Source: Octopus vulgaris (Eukaryota). From it: a DNA stretch of 64,000 nt. The notes under the pieces are model-generated. The model was given only the letters and a program-made list of their open reading frames with translations. It searched no databases and was not told the origin of the DNA. The DNA lies in NCBI GenBank assembly GCA_951406725.2, contig OX597833.1:23312001-23376000 (forward strand), in the 5' to 3' direction. Made by a program: the position numbers and the translations under genes. Shown one piece after another: positions 38,686-50,723 of this stretch; the stretch's first letter is position 1; every line of letters begins with the position of its first letter.

Positions 38686-41600
38686 CAAAAGGAAAGGACA
38701 CAGACAGTATGAACCAATCCAACTTGAAAACTATATTGTTGTCCTTAAGACGCCAAACCAATTCACTTAGCCCTGCACTATGTCGCCCCTTACTATCCCT
38801 GAATGTTGAGCAGTGGTCTGAAACTCTCCTGAACAACTGGGAAGTGGACGCTCCCACAGAAGAAGACACCTGCACCGGAAGAAACTCCACACTGGCAAAC
38901 AGAATTCCCAATCCCAGAACCACCAGACAAAAATCCAATTCTGCTGGGGCTGTCCTCCGAGATCGAAACGAAGCCTCTACCGTCATGACCGTTGCCTCCA
39001 TTACCATTAGCGCCAACAACTACACCACCTCCACCACCATTAGTATTACCAACGGCATTACAACGAGCAATACCACCGACAACAACACCGCCACTGCCGT
39101 CACTATCAACACGACCAATACCATTATCAACACCATCATTGTCAACACTTTCGCCACCACCAATGCTGTCACCATCAACACTACTCCTATCACCATGATT
39201 GTATGATGGGTTGGAATTAGCAAGATTAGTGTTGGAACTGCCGGGTGAAGAATTCCCGTCTAGCAGTTTGGTATTGGGAAGACACAAGTTGCGAAAGACC
39301 CCTAGTGCCAGAGAAAGCGACTCTGACCCCGTGTGAATCGACAACAGAATGACATCCAGAATTTCTGGGAAAGCTCCCAGCAACGGCTTCACGGAACTGT
39401 AAGGAAAGGTTCGATTTAATTTGTTTTCCGAAATGTATTACAAACCAGATACAGTTTTCTGTGACCCTTGAAATGTTCCCAGTGTCATTTATGAAAGCAA
39501 GGGGAAAATTTCTGGGTTGGAAATTTGTGGTTGCATGGCGCTTACCTCCCCTAGTCCGTAAAGAATTCATTTTACGTTCAGGGTTGCTGGCACTATTAGA
39601 ATTGAAATCATTATTCCTATTACGAGTAACTTTACTATCTGGAGAAGCAGATGCTGGTTTAGAATGAGCTGAGTCGACGCATGACACTTTCTCCGCATAA
39701 CCGGCTCCCAACAAGGCGGCGCCACAGAAGTCCGCCCCTTGGCCAAAGATGCCGACACCAGCAGACAACCTGGACAGTCTCAGAGACACGGTTTCAACTA
39801 AACCATCGGCAACTGGTCTGGCATGACCACTGAAAATGCCAACACACCCAAGACCTGCGGAAGGTCCATGACAAGGGAAGCATGAGTCACTCTGCAAACC
39901 GAGGGCAATGTCCAAGAAGTTGGCCCTAGCCAATTCATCGTCAAAAACCATGCGCAAGCCCACTCCACTAAAAAACCCAACCAATCTGTTCTTAACCTTC
40001 TGTATATTTTGGTTCGAAACGTTTTGGAGGTAAAGCAGACAATCGTCGCGATAAAGACCTCCACAGATGTCCGGGAATTGGTCGGCCATTTCACAAAGAA
40101 TATAAATTCCGACCAAACCGGCTATCTGGGCGCTGTCTGTACTTCCCATTAGTTGTTGGTTGGCATCCTTTCTGTCTCGGGAGACAATGGAGTTGCGCAT
40201 AAAGTAGTCTAGTCCGGCTTTTATATTTCATGTCCTGATACATTTCCTGCTGTGGCTGTGTAGTCCTATCCTGGACAAACACTTCCTCTGGCAGGTACCG
40301 CAAATGTAGCGAAGACTGTTCCTGTCTGGTTGTAATGCCATAGTCTCTTGTTGACGTCCCTTCTTTTCTTTCCATTTCTCCTCTCTCTCTCTCTCTGTCA
40401 CTCCTTTGTATTCCCTCTTTTACGGTACGTCGCCATTCTTCACGGTTGCCGGCAACTGCCTCCCAACCGCTAATATTGATGTTGCAGGACTTCATGTCCC
40501 TTTTGCAAACATCCTTGTAACGTAAGATCGGTCTACCCACAGACCTAGCACCCCTGGCAAGCTCTCCGTAGCGTATGTCCTTGGGGATTCTGCCATCTTT
40601 CATACGGCTAACATGCCCAAGCCATCTCATACGTCTTTGTGTGAGGAGTGCAAACATGCTTGGTATTCCTGCTTGCCTGAGGACATCTTTGTTGGGGATA
40701 TGATTCTGCCATTTGATGCGGAGGATTTTTCGGAGGCAGCGCAGGTGAAAGATGTTTAGGCGACGCTCTTGGCGTGTGTATAGCGTCCAGGTCTCACTTC
40801 CATACAGTAGAGTGCTGAGTACACATGCCTGGTAGATCTTCATTTTCGTGGTCTTGGTCAGCTTATTGTTGTCCCAAGCCCGTTTGGAGAGTTGGGCCAT
40901 CGCAGCAGCTGCCTTGCCAATGCGTATATTGAGCTCAGCGTCAAGGGATAGGTTGTAGGTGACGGTAGAGCCCAGATAGGTAAACTTCTCCACCTCTTGT
41001 AATCTGTGGTCTCCAATATGTATGTTTGGGATGTCCGATGTAGCCTGGCCCATGATGTTGGTCTTCTTAAGGCTGATAGCTAAGCCAAAGTCGTTACATG
41101 CTTGCTCAAAACAGTTAATGAGCCTTTGGAGGGCTTCTTCTGTGTGTGTTACCAGAGCGGCATCATCAGCAAATAACATCTCCTTGATCAGGACGTTTCT
41201 GATTTTGGTCTTGGCACGCAGGCGCGAGAGATTGAACAGTTTCCCGTCACTTCTACTGTGCAGAAACACTCCAGCTTCTGATGTCTGAAAGGCATGTGAA
41301 AGTAAGAGCGAGAAGAAGATGCCAAACAATGTAGGAGCGAGGACACAACCTTGTTTTACCCCGTTTTTTATTTGGAAGGCGGCTGATGTTGAACCGTTGT
41401 GCTGTATGGTGCCTTGCATGTCATCATGGAAAGACTTGATGATCCTCAGCAGCTTTGGTGGACATCCGATTTTTTTGGAGCAGGATGAAGAGGCCTGTTC
41501 TGCTTACCGAGTCAAAAGCCTTTGTTAGATCAATGAAGGCCATATATAATGGCATTTTCTGCTCTCTGGACTTCTCCTGAAGTTGGCGTATGGAGAATAT

Positions 41601-42574
41601 CATATCGATAGTTGATAGTACATCAAACGCATTAGGGGCATCTCTACCGAACCACAATTTGCTATCGAACTGGATGAAAGATTTCCTAGCAGTCAATATC
41701 ACACCAATTTCCCCCTGCAGAGGCCTGCTCCACTGTGCGCGTGCCATAAAGCATTATTAAGTACAACAGGGTTGATTGAAGAATAGAAACCAGATACACC
41801 GAATTGGACAAATTTAGTGTTGGCCCCATCAGTAATAGAAGTAAACCAATCTACGACTTGAACAGAATTGGACCATAAGCTAAGTTTTAATTTATTAATT
41901 AATACAGGGATATACTTATCTAATATGTATTTACTAAGGGTACCGATGTCTGAACTGGAAGGGCATATGAGCCGCAATGCTGGGCCAGTATGAAAGTTCT
42001 GTTTGTGGTCCTTTAAGATGAATCTGGGTTGCCTAGGGTTTAATGGTTCCGTCTTCATCTGTAATCCGTAAGTCTCCATAATCTGCTTAGTTTCTAAGTT
42101 GGCCCGCCTGAGAGCACTCCCACCGGTGGTCCTGTAATTCTTATGTATCTCCTTTTCGAGCAGTTCTAAATAATGGCTCTTGGTAAGCTTATAGATGTTG
42201 CCGGTTTCATCCGACCGGACCAGGACAGAATCCAAGCCGTCCATATCCCCAGAGACGTCATCGAGGCACCTGACGTGCTCATTCCTGAGGGGTGATTTAT
42301 GAAATTTAATATTCTTTACGATGTCCCAAAGATCATCTTCGAATTTCTTCAATCTAGGATTAGGTGGAGGAGTTCACCTCGACTTAAATAGTCTTTTACA
42401 CCCAAGGGAGACGTCGTTACTGGTCCGTTTTAGGTCCTCATTATCGTGGAAGAAGGCGAGCCATCTGATGCGGATGATAAATGCATTGGTCTTGTTAATA
42501 ATTTCCTCAAGGAAGGCTTTTTTCGGTGGTATAGGGATATCCTTAAGGGAGGCGTTAATATTGAACAACTCCAT
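38686..42574 (-). pseudogene. PLE copy G (3'-truncated in EN, interrupted by RTE LINE)
   Basis: Minus-strand ORFs 42374-42574, 41699-42352, 39226-40150, 38793-39392. Confidence 0.9.
40154..41615 (-). mobile_element. 5'-truncated RTE-clade (BovB-like) LINE nested in PLE copy G
   Basis: FIDLTKAFDSVSR, GVKQGCVLAPTLF, LFADDAAL, FTYLGS, LLYGSETW, WLGHVSRM; TAGT on both sides (40150-40153, 41616-41619) is a possible 4-bp TSD. Confidence 0.93.
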
Positions 42575-43191
42575 TTGCGGTATCGGTTATGTTAGCAGGT
42601 TCTCAGGGAAACTGTATAAGAATATTTAAGTAGGTGAATGAATTATCCTATGTTTATCGTCAGCATGCAAAATTCGTTAAAACCGAAACCTGGGTAGCAA
42701 ATTCACGTCAGAAACACGGTTGAAGCGACCTGTCAAGGGTAGAAACTCCGGGTTCATGTGTAGAAATCTGTGTGTTGTATATAAATAAATGAAAGAATGG
42801 AGTCGAACGAAGATGTTAACAAAATTCCTTTACTCTCGACTCATGTTTCGAAGACAGCATGTTTTCATTCCAAAGGAATAAAGGGTGCACCATGCAATCT
42901 TCTCACCAGGAAAGAAAGGGAACCTCTCTCGACAAGACAAACAAAAATTTTGATGATTGCCCACACGGCAAACAAAGCGATGATGAGTGTTTTTTTAAAA
43001 AAAAACATTAGAAGAATTGACGTCAAAAATAGATAGTAGGAAGAGAAGGGAAAAAGCAATAACAGGCAGGGAACAAGTGGAGAGGGAAGGGCACGTTGAT
43101 TGAAAGAATGTTCGAAGGCTTAGGAAAGAATTTCTCTATAGAAGTGGGGTGGACGTAAAGCCAATTGTTCAAACCACAGTGACTATCGTTA

Positions 43192-44407
43192 TCATTTATA
43201 TGAGCAGAAAGTGTGCCTCTGCCAGTGTTTACATCTGTATGATCCCTCTATCAGTATGTCCACCAGGGGAACCCTAGAGAAAAGAACACGGAAGAGTTTA
43301 GAGTCACAAATGTTACAAAATCTCCCGCCCCCATCAAAAGGAAAGGACACAGACAGTATGAACCAATCCAACTTGAAAACTATATTGTTGTCCTTAAGAC
43401 GCCAAACCAATTCACTTAGCCCTGCACTATGTCGCCCCTTACTATCCCTGAATGTTGAGCAGTGGTCTGAAACTCTCCTGGACAACTGGGAAGTGGACGC
43501 TCCCACACAGAAGAAGACACCGGCACCGGAAGAAACTCCACACTGGCAAACAGAATTCCCAATCCCAGAACCACCAGACAAAAATCCAATTCTGCTGGGG
43601 CTGTCCTCCGAGATCGAAACGAAGCCTCTACCGTCATGACCGTTGTCACCATTACCATTAGCGCCAACAACTACACCACCTCCACCACCATTAGTATTAC
43701 CAACGGCATTACAACCAGCAATACGACCGACAACAACACCGCCACTGCCGTCACTATCAACACGACCAATACCATTATCAACACCATCATTGTCAACACT
43801 TTCGCCGCCACCAATGCTATCACCATCAACACTACTCCTATCACTATGATTGTATGATGGGTTGGAATTAGCAAGATTAGTGTTGGAACTGCCGGGTGAA
43901 GAATCCCCGTCTAGCAGCTTGGTATTGGGAAGACACAATTTGCGAAAGACCCCTAGTGCCAGAGAAAGCGACTCTGACCCCGTGTGAATCGACAACAGAA
44001 TGACATCCAGAATTTCTGGGAAAGCTCCCAGCAACGGCTTCACGGAACTGTAAGGGAAGGTTCGATTTAATTTGTTTTCCGAAAGGTATTACAAACCAGA
44101 TACAGTTTTCTGTGGCCCTTGAATTGTTCCCAGTGTCATTTGTGATAGGAAAGGGAAAATTTGTGGTTGCATGGCGCTTACCTCCCCTAGTCCGTAAAGG
44201 GTTGCTGGCACTATTAGTATTGAAGTCATTATTTGTATTACGAGTAACTTTACTATTAGGAGAAGCAGATGCTGGTTTAGAATGAGCTGAGTCGACGCAT
44301 GACACTTTCTCCCCATAACCGGCTCCCAACAAGGCGGCCCCACAGAAGTCCGCCCCTTGGCCAAAGATGCCGACACCAGCAGACAACCTGGACAGTCTCA
44401 GAGACAC

Positions 44408-44408
<1 letters not shown>
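43192..44408 (-). pseudogene. PLE copy H (5'-truncated: thumb, linker, EN), abutting (TA)n
   Basis: Minus-strand ORFs 43877-44407 and 43192-44043; (TA)n from 44409. Confidence 0.9.
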
Positions 44409-44458
<50 letters not shown>

Positions 44459-45046
44459 ATTGTGTCTGGGAAGAGTGGTTTTCTTTTAGTGCGTTATTAA
44501 CACACACACCAGTTCGATTTCCTCTCATTTATTTATTTTTACTAGAATTTTCGTTGCGTCTTGCAATGTTTTCAATAGTCGTTGACTCTATCCGTTATCG
44601 GAGCTGCGTTCTTATGTTTGTGCACATGTGTGTCAATATGCATGTGTATACACATGTGTGTATGCATGTATGTGTGTATCTATGTATGTATGTGTGTGTG
44701 TATGTATGTAGGTATGTGTGTAGGTATGTAGTATGTATGTGTGTGCATGCATGTATGTGTATGAATGTATGCATGCGTGTACGTTTGTTTGTATGTATTA
44801 TGCATATTCATGTGTTTGTGTGTGCATGTATGCGTGTGTACGTCTGTCTCCTTGTGTGTGCATGGTTTGTGTGACTATGTACGTGCATCTGTTATGCATG
44901 GATGTGTCTCCGTGTGTATCTGGTCATGTGATTTCAGTCTTCATTTGCGTGTGTGTGTGTGCGTGATTGTGTGTGTGCTTGTCTGTCCGTATTACCTATG
45001 TACCTGTCTATCTGTTTACTTACATATCCATATTTACCTACATACA

Positions 45047-45093
<47 letters not shown>

Positions 45094-45314
45094 GCACACA
45101 TACGTCTACATAACAGCCTACAACTCTCCCTATGTGTATATAAGATGTGGGTATTGAGGTATGACTACGTTCTACGTATATTTCCTATTTAGTACTGGGG
45201 ATGTTTGGGGGAAATTTCATTTATGCATATATATATGTGTGCGTGTGCGCGCGTATGTGTGTCTGTGTGTCTGTGAGTATCTATTTATGAGTGTGTGCGT
45301 GTGTGTATATGTAT

Positions 45315-45450
45315 ACTCTTTTACTTGTTTGTCATTTGACTGCGGCCATGCTGGAGCACCGCCTTTAATCGAGCAACTCGATCCCGGAACTTATTCTTTT
45401 GTAACCCCAGTACTTATTCTATCGGTCCCTTTTTGCCGAACCGCTAAGTA
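45315..45450 (-). mobile_element. SINE family 3, 3' fragment
   Basis: TCTTTTACTTGTTT..GTCATTTGACTGCGGCCATGCTGGAGCACCGCC, as at 57510. Confidence 0.7.
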
Positions 45451-45546
45451 ATTTTTTTTTCATGCATTTTTTGGCTATAACTCTCTAGAAATGCTTATAT
45501 AGTTATTTCCCTTACAAACCCGAGCAACGCCGGGCGATACTGCTAG
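45450..45546 (+). mobile_element. Isolated Helitron 3' terminus
   Basis: CTTACAAACCCGAGCAACGCCGGGCGATACTGCTAG|T, nearly identical to 15487-15521. Confidence 0.8.
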
Positions 45547-45880
45547 TAATTAATAAATATATTGTTGGATAATAGCAATGAAATGATAGAATAAAACGAA
45601 AACGAACACAGACAGATAGAATTCACCTATTCATGGTGACAGCTCGTGGTAAAGGACCGTTTATATCACGTGGTTGGTCAAAGAAGGGAGGGGAAAGTAT
45701 CAGTTTTAGTGAGAAGTAGATAGACAGATAGAATTGAGAGACGAGGGGGAGCGAAAGGAAGGAAGGGAATAAGGTTAAAGGGGGCTTAAAACTGAGAGAG
45801 TATAAACTAGAACATGAGAGCGTGAGGGTAAAGAATTGGTTAGATTGAGAAGAGAGGCTAAAGGAAGTGAGCAAGGGGCG

Positions 45881-46082
45881 ATCTTTCGTCTCTAGTAGAC
45901 CTTTCCGTCGATGATTTCCGTAAAAAACTTTAATTTTTTTAAACATGGGCTTGCGGGAACATTTGAAGTAATGAGAGCGAAAGAGACTAAGAGGAAGCGA
46001 TTTTATGACAATACATACACACACACATACATGCAGACATACATATACACATACACCGAGTAAAAGATTACACTGAATCGGC

Positions 46083-46116
<34 letters not shown>

Positions 46117-46179
46117 CATACATACATATACACATACACCGAGTAAAAAATTACACTGAATCGGCCATACATACATACA

Positions 46180-46226
<47 letters not shown>

Positions 46227-46685
46227 TTACACATACATACACACACACATACTTACACACACATACATAGATACATACACACACACACATACATAGATAC
46301 ACACACACACACATACATACACACACACACATACATAGATACATACACACACACATACATGCATACACCGAGTAAAAAATTTCAGTTATCTCTCTCTTTC
46401 ACACATTACTCTCTCTGTCTCTTCACACACACTAACAGAAGCACTTCACTTACACAACATACTGTCTGTCTCCCACACCCCATCAACACACACACACACG
46501 CACACAGATGTACATCAATGCGTCCCCTGGACGGTAACTTCAAAAGAACTTCCCTCGTCATAAAATCGCTTCCTCTTAGTCTCTTTCGCTCTCATTACTT
46601 CAAATGTTCCCGCAAGCCCATATGTAAAAAAATAAAAGTTTTTTACGGAAATCATCGACGGAAAGGTCTACTAGAGACGAAAGAT
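45881..46685. repeat. 129-bp inverted repeat around a (CA)n-rich spacer
   Basis: Arms 45881-46009 and 46557-46685 are near-perfect reverse complements. Confidence 0.9.
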
Positions 46686-47951
46686 TGCCGAGGATTTAAC
46701 TTATACTCATATAGAATACATGTAAAATTCTGAGAGAGGAATCGTAGCTTTACAGTTTAATACAAATTCAAAACGGAATGCTAATCGCGAACGAGTTCAC
46801 TATCCGGCCAAAGGATATTTTACCCAAACGCTAATATGTATAATTTCCATTTGAGTCAAATATATATATATACATATATGTGTGTGTGAGAGAGAGAGCA
46901 ACGAAATATGCATCTACATAGTAGCAGAGAGTAGACAGAAGTAACAGCCAAATCTCCCTTAAATCACACCCTCCTGTCGTAGGAAACAAAGGACACATTA
47001 GACAATGCACTCCTAGGTACACAGAGGCTAGGAACCAAAAAAGGATGCTTTTAATCTCATAGATCTGCTAGTATAGGACTGACATGATGCTAAACAACAA
47101 CAACAACAATCTGACCTGCGTGGAAAGGGTTCAGTGACGCTATGGACAATGTCCCCTCTTTCGTTGTCAAACTAATCCCTTTTTTTTAACAAAAAAAAAA
47201 ACAACAGAAACAAATTTTAGCTATCATGAATATAAAAAACAAAACAAATATAAATATCAAAACGTATAAAAGTAGAAATATAAACATAAATAAAAACAAA
47301 AATATATAAAAAATAACAACACAGAACTATCAACAATTGATACCATTGTAAAGATTGTTTCTGTGGAATTGGTTAATCTTGTTGTTATTGGTGTTGCTAT
47401 CGTTGTTGTTGTTGTTGCTGGTGCTGCTGCTGATGTTGTATAAAATACACATTTGGCTGAACATATTGGGGTTTTTGGGAATAGGGAAGGGAAAAAAACG
47501 GAAGTGTCAGATATTGTCAAAATGATAATAGAAATTACAATAGTCGTAGAAGAAGTAATAGTAGTAGTAGTAGTAGTAGTGGTGATGATGATGGTAATTG
47601 TAGTATAGTACTATCAGCAGTGGTTGTGATGGTGATAGTCGTAAATACAACAACAGTACGAGAGACTAGGGGTGGGTGGGAAGTATAAGAGAGATGTCTT
47701 ATATTGGAGAGAGAGAGAAAATGGTTAAAAGTAGGTTGTACAGTGTAGATTGTGTATATTTACAATGATGGTGTTGATGGCGATGGTATCTTTAAATATT
47801 GACTTGGGGACAGCTATTATATCTCAGCTCTAACACAAATCTTGTGAGTATATATATATATGTATAAAGGTTGAAAACTATAGGCCACAAAAGCATGCTG
47901 TAGCAGAACGAAGTGAAACAGCGTTTATCCAATGAGACACCTTTATAAAAC

Positions 47952-48053
47952 CACCTGAAGAGATACATCTGCACCGAGGGATGCGCAGCAACCAGTTGTA
48001 CAGCATCCCACCAGTGAGTAATCGATGCACGATGGGTCGAAACAATTGTCGTG
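47952..48053 (+). ncRNA. Type I hammerhead ribozyme with canonical core
   Basis: CAC-CTGAAGA-[long stem II]-GAAAC-AATT-GTC-GTG. Confidence 0.8.
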
Positions 48054-48124
48054 ATAAATAAAGATTCTTATACTCCATCTTCCATCTCTTTCATTTATTG
48101 TATATAGATATATATGTGTGTGTG

Positions 48125-50620
48125 TAGGCAAGTGCTCTACATCAGATAGAGCATCAGCAGAACTGCTCTTTAATCTGATGGATGAGTATTTCCTGACTCA
48201 GCTAGTGCTTGAACCAACGAGACAGAATAAAACGATCTTGGATCTGGTATTGACCAATCACTCTAGCTACGTTCACAGTATTTCAGTCGAAAAAACTCTC
48301 CTCTCAGACCACGACATGGTACTCTGCAATCTTAATTCCCGACATATAAAAACCAAACTAGCCAATCCCACTCCATGGCACCCATTTGATAACATAAACT
48401 TCCACAAAGCGGACTGGGGAACAATCAGAAAGGATCTGTCTTCCATCAACTGGTCTTTTACTCTCAATTCCTCTCATATTGAGACCGCGTGGCAGCACTT
48501 TGAAAACATTGTCACCTATACATGCTCTAAACACGCTCCCAAGAAATCTACTAACACAAACAGAAACCGGCTCCCTAAAAAGAAAAAAACACTCATCAGG
48601 CGCATCAAAAGACTCAACAAAAAAATCAACCAATTAAAATATTCCCACACACAACATCCACATTCAACAACAATGAAAAGACTAGAGCTGGAAAAACTTC
48701 ATCTGCAGACCAACATGAAAACCTCCATTGAAAATCAAAGAGCTGTGGAGGAACAATGGGTAATCAAAAACATCAAACAGAACCCAAAAGTGTTCTATTC
48801 TTATGCAAATAAGCATAGAACCACTGTCTCACCCATTGGGCCATTGATTGATGATAACGGCATTCCCCAACACGATGCTAAAGAAATGGCAGAAATACTG
48901 CAGAAACAATACTGCTCTGTCTTTAGTGTCCCCACTGATATTGACGTAAGAGAAACGAACAAAGTTGACTCCCAACACAAAATCTCAGACATAACCTTCA
49001 CTGCCACTGACATCGTAGCAGCAATAAATGAGGTCAAACATTACTCTGCTGTAGGCCCTGATGGATTTCCCGCTAGTCTCCTGAAGGAATGTAGATACCA
49101 ACTTGCAGTCTCTCTGACCAACCTCTGGAGAAATTCGTTAGACGCAGGTTATATACCGAAACAGTTTCTATCCCAGTCGGTCATCCCGGTTTTCAAACAG
49201 GGAAACAAATCCCTCGCAGTCAACTATCGCCCAATCTCACTCACCTCCCACATCATTAAAGTGTTTGAAAGAGTGTTAAGATCAAGGATAGCTGACTTCC
49301 TGGAGACCCACAAACTCCTAAATGCAAATCAGCATGGCTTTCGCTGTGGCAGGGACTGCCTAACACAGCTCTTACACCACATTGAAGATGTACTCAAAGC
49401 CTTGGGAACAGGTTTGAACTCTGACGTCATATATCTTGACTTCAGTAAAGCGTTCGACAGGGTAGACCATAATATCCTACTCTCAAAATTGGCAAATGTT
49501 GGAATCCGTGGAAAAGTTCTACACGGGATTAAGTATTTCCTGGCGAATAGAACACAACATGTTGTAGTTGATGGAGTCCACTCAAACCCAGCAAAAGTCA
49601 CCAGCGGTGTTCCCCAGGGAACTGTTTTGGGTCCGCTACTCTTCATAATTTACATAAACGACCTTTCCAGTGTCGTACATTACTGCAAATCGTCAATGAA
49701 GAAGCAGACCGAACTCAACTCCAGTCTGATCTATATGCTGTGAGTCAATGGGCAGACAGAAACAAAATGCAACTGAATGAGGGAAAATTTGAGCTGATGC
49801 ATTTTGGAAGAAATTCCTCACTAAAACAACCATACTCCCTTCCTTCAGGGGAACCGCTCACAGCCTCTAACAATATCAGAGACCTGGGTGTAATTGTTGA
49901 TGACGATCTCAGTTGGAGTGCACACATCAACAAGAAGGTCGATATAGCTCGTAGGATGAGTTCCTGGATCTTAAGAACTTTCCGGTCCAGAGAATAAGGT
50001 GTCATCATACCACTTTTTTCCTCCTTTGTACAGCCACACCTTGAATACTGCTGCCCACTGTGGTCTCCTCACACAAGACAAAACATCTCCAGAATTGAGT
50101 CACCCCAGAGGGCACTCACTAAACAAATTGAAGGCATGGCTGCTCTCAATTATTGGGATCGCCTTAAAGCCTTGAAACTTTACTCCCTCCAGCGTCGCCG
50201 TGAGCGGTACATCATTTGTACGATGTGGAAAATATACCGCCAACTTTGCCCAAACGACCTAAACATTAGCTTCAAGGTTCATCCAAGACTTGGACCACGG
50301 GCTATACGTCCCCTGCCCAATTCAAGATCACAACATACATGTACACTGCAACATAATTTCTTTTCCTCAACAGGCCCTGCCCTATTTAACATTGTCCCGA
50401 GGGAGATCAAAGAGGAAAGGATCCCATCAACTTTAAACAGAGTCTGGATAGATTCCTTCAAAGAATACCAGATAAGCCACCCATAATTGGATACAACTCA
50501 CCCAACAAGAACTCACTACTTGAACAAAACTTGACTTAAACAGGATTCGAATAATCCTATCAGGTGGTGCTATTAAGTTAGACATGGCCTGGACCAATCT
50601 TTGGTCGAAACATATCTAAG
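48125..50620 (+). mobile_element. CR1-type LINE ORF2, 5'-truncated and degenerate
   Basis: ILDLVLTN, LSDH (APE endonuclease end); NYRPISLTS, QHGFR, YLDFSKAFDRVDH, SGVPQGTVLGPLLF, RDLGVIVD, LEYCCPLWSP, SLQRRRER; 3' hairpin GACCAA-TCT-TTGGTC. Confidence 0.9.
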
Positions 50621-50664
50621 TTTATATATATATATTTATCAGTAAACTGTTACGGTTGTTCAGT

Positions 50665-50723
50665 AGATGACCATTGGTTTCGTACACATAGGCACAATGC
50701 CATACGCGCACATCTTCAAATCT
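50665..50723 (-). ncRNA. Hammerhead-like motif (UUGAAGA core variant)
   Basis: Minus strand AGAT-TTGAAGA-T-GTGCGCGTATGGC..GCCTATGTGTAC-GAAACC-AAT-GGTC-ATCT. Confidence 0.6.

Larger units (their letters stand above)
16890..44408. mobile_element. 27.5-kb tandem and inverted array of an A-to-G hypermutated Penelope-like retroelement
   Basis: Six + copies and three - copies/fragments; RT motifs MGSTDSAQIAGLVGIYIL, GLYRDD, NFLDIAL; C-terminal GIY-YIG remnant; hammerhead between units. Confidence 0.95.

Noticed and set aside
16890-44408. APOBEC editing, CpG decay or GC-biased conversion as the cause of the PLE mutations
   Set aside because: APOBEC leaves sense G>A and CpG decay gives C>T/G>A. GC-biased conversion should be strand-symmetric, yet Ts remain abundant in the A-depleted blocks.
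46048-46385. CRISPR-like repeat-spacer pattern
   Set aside because: Eukaryotic context, only three units, spacers are microsatellites, no cas genes.
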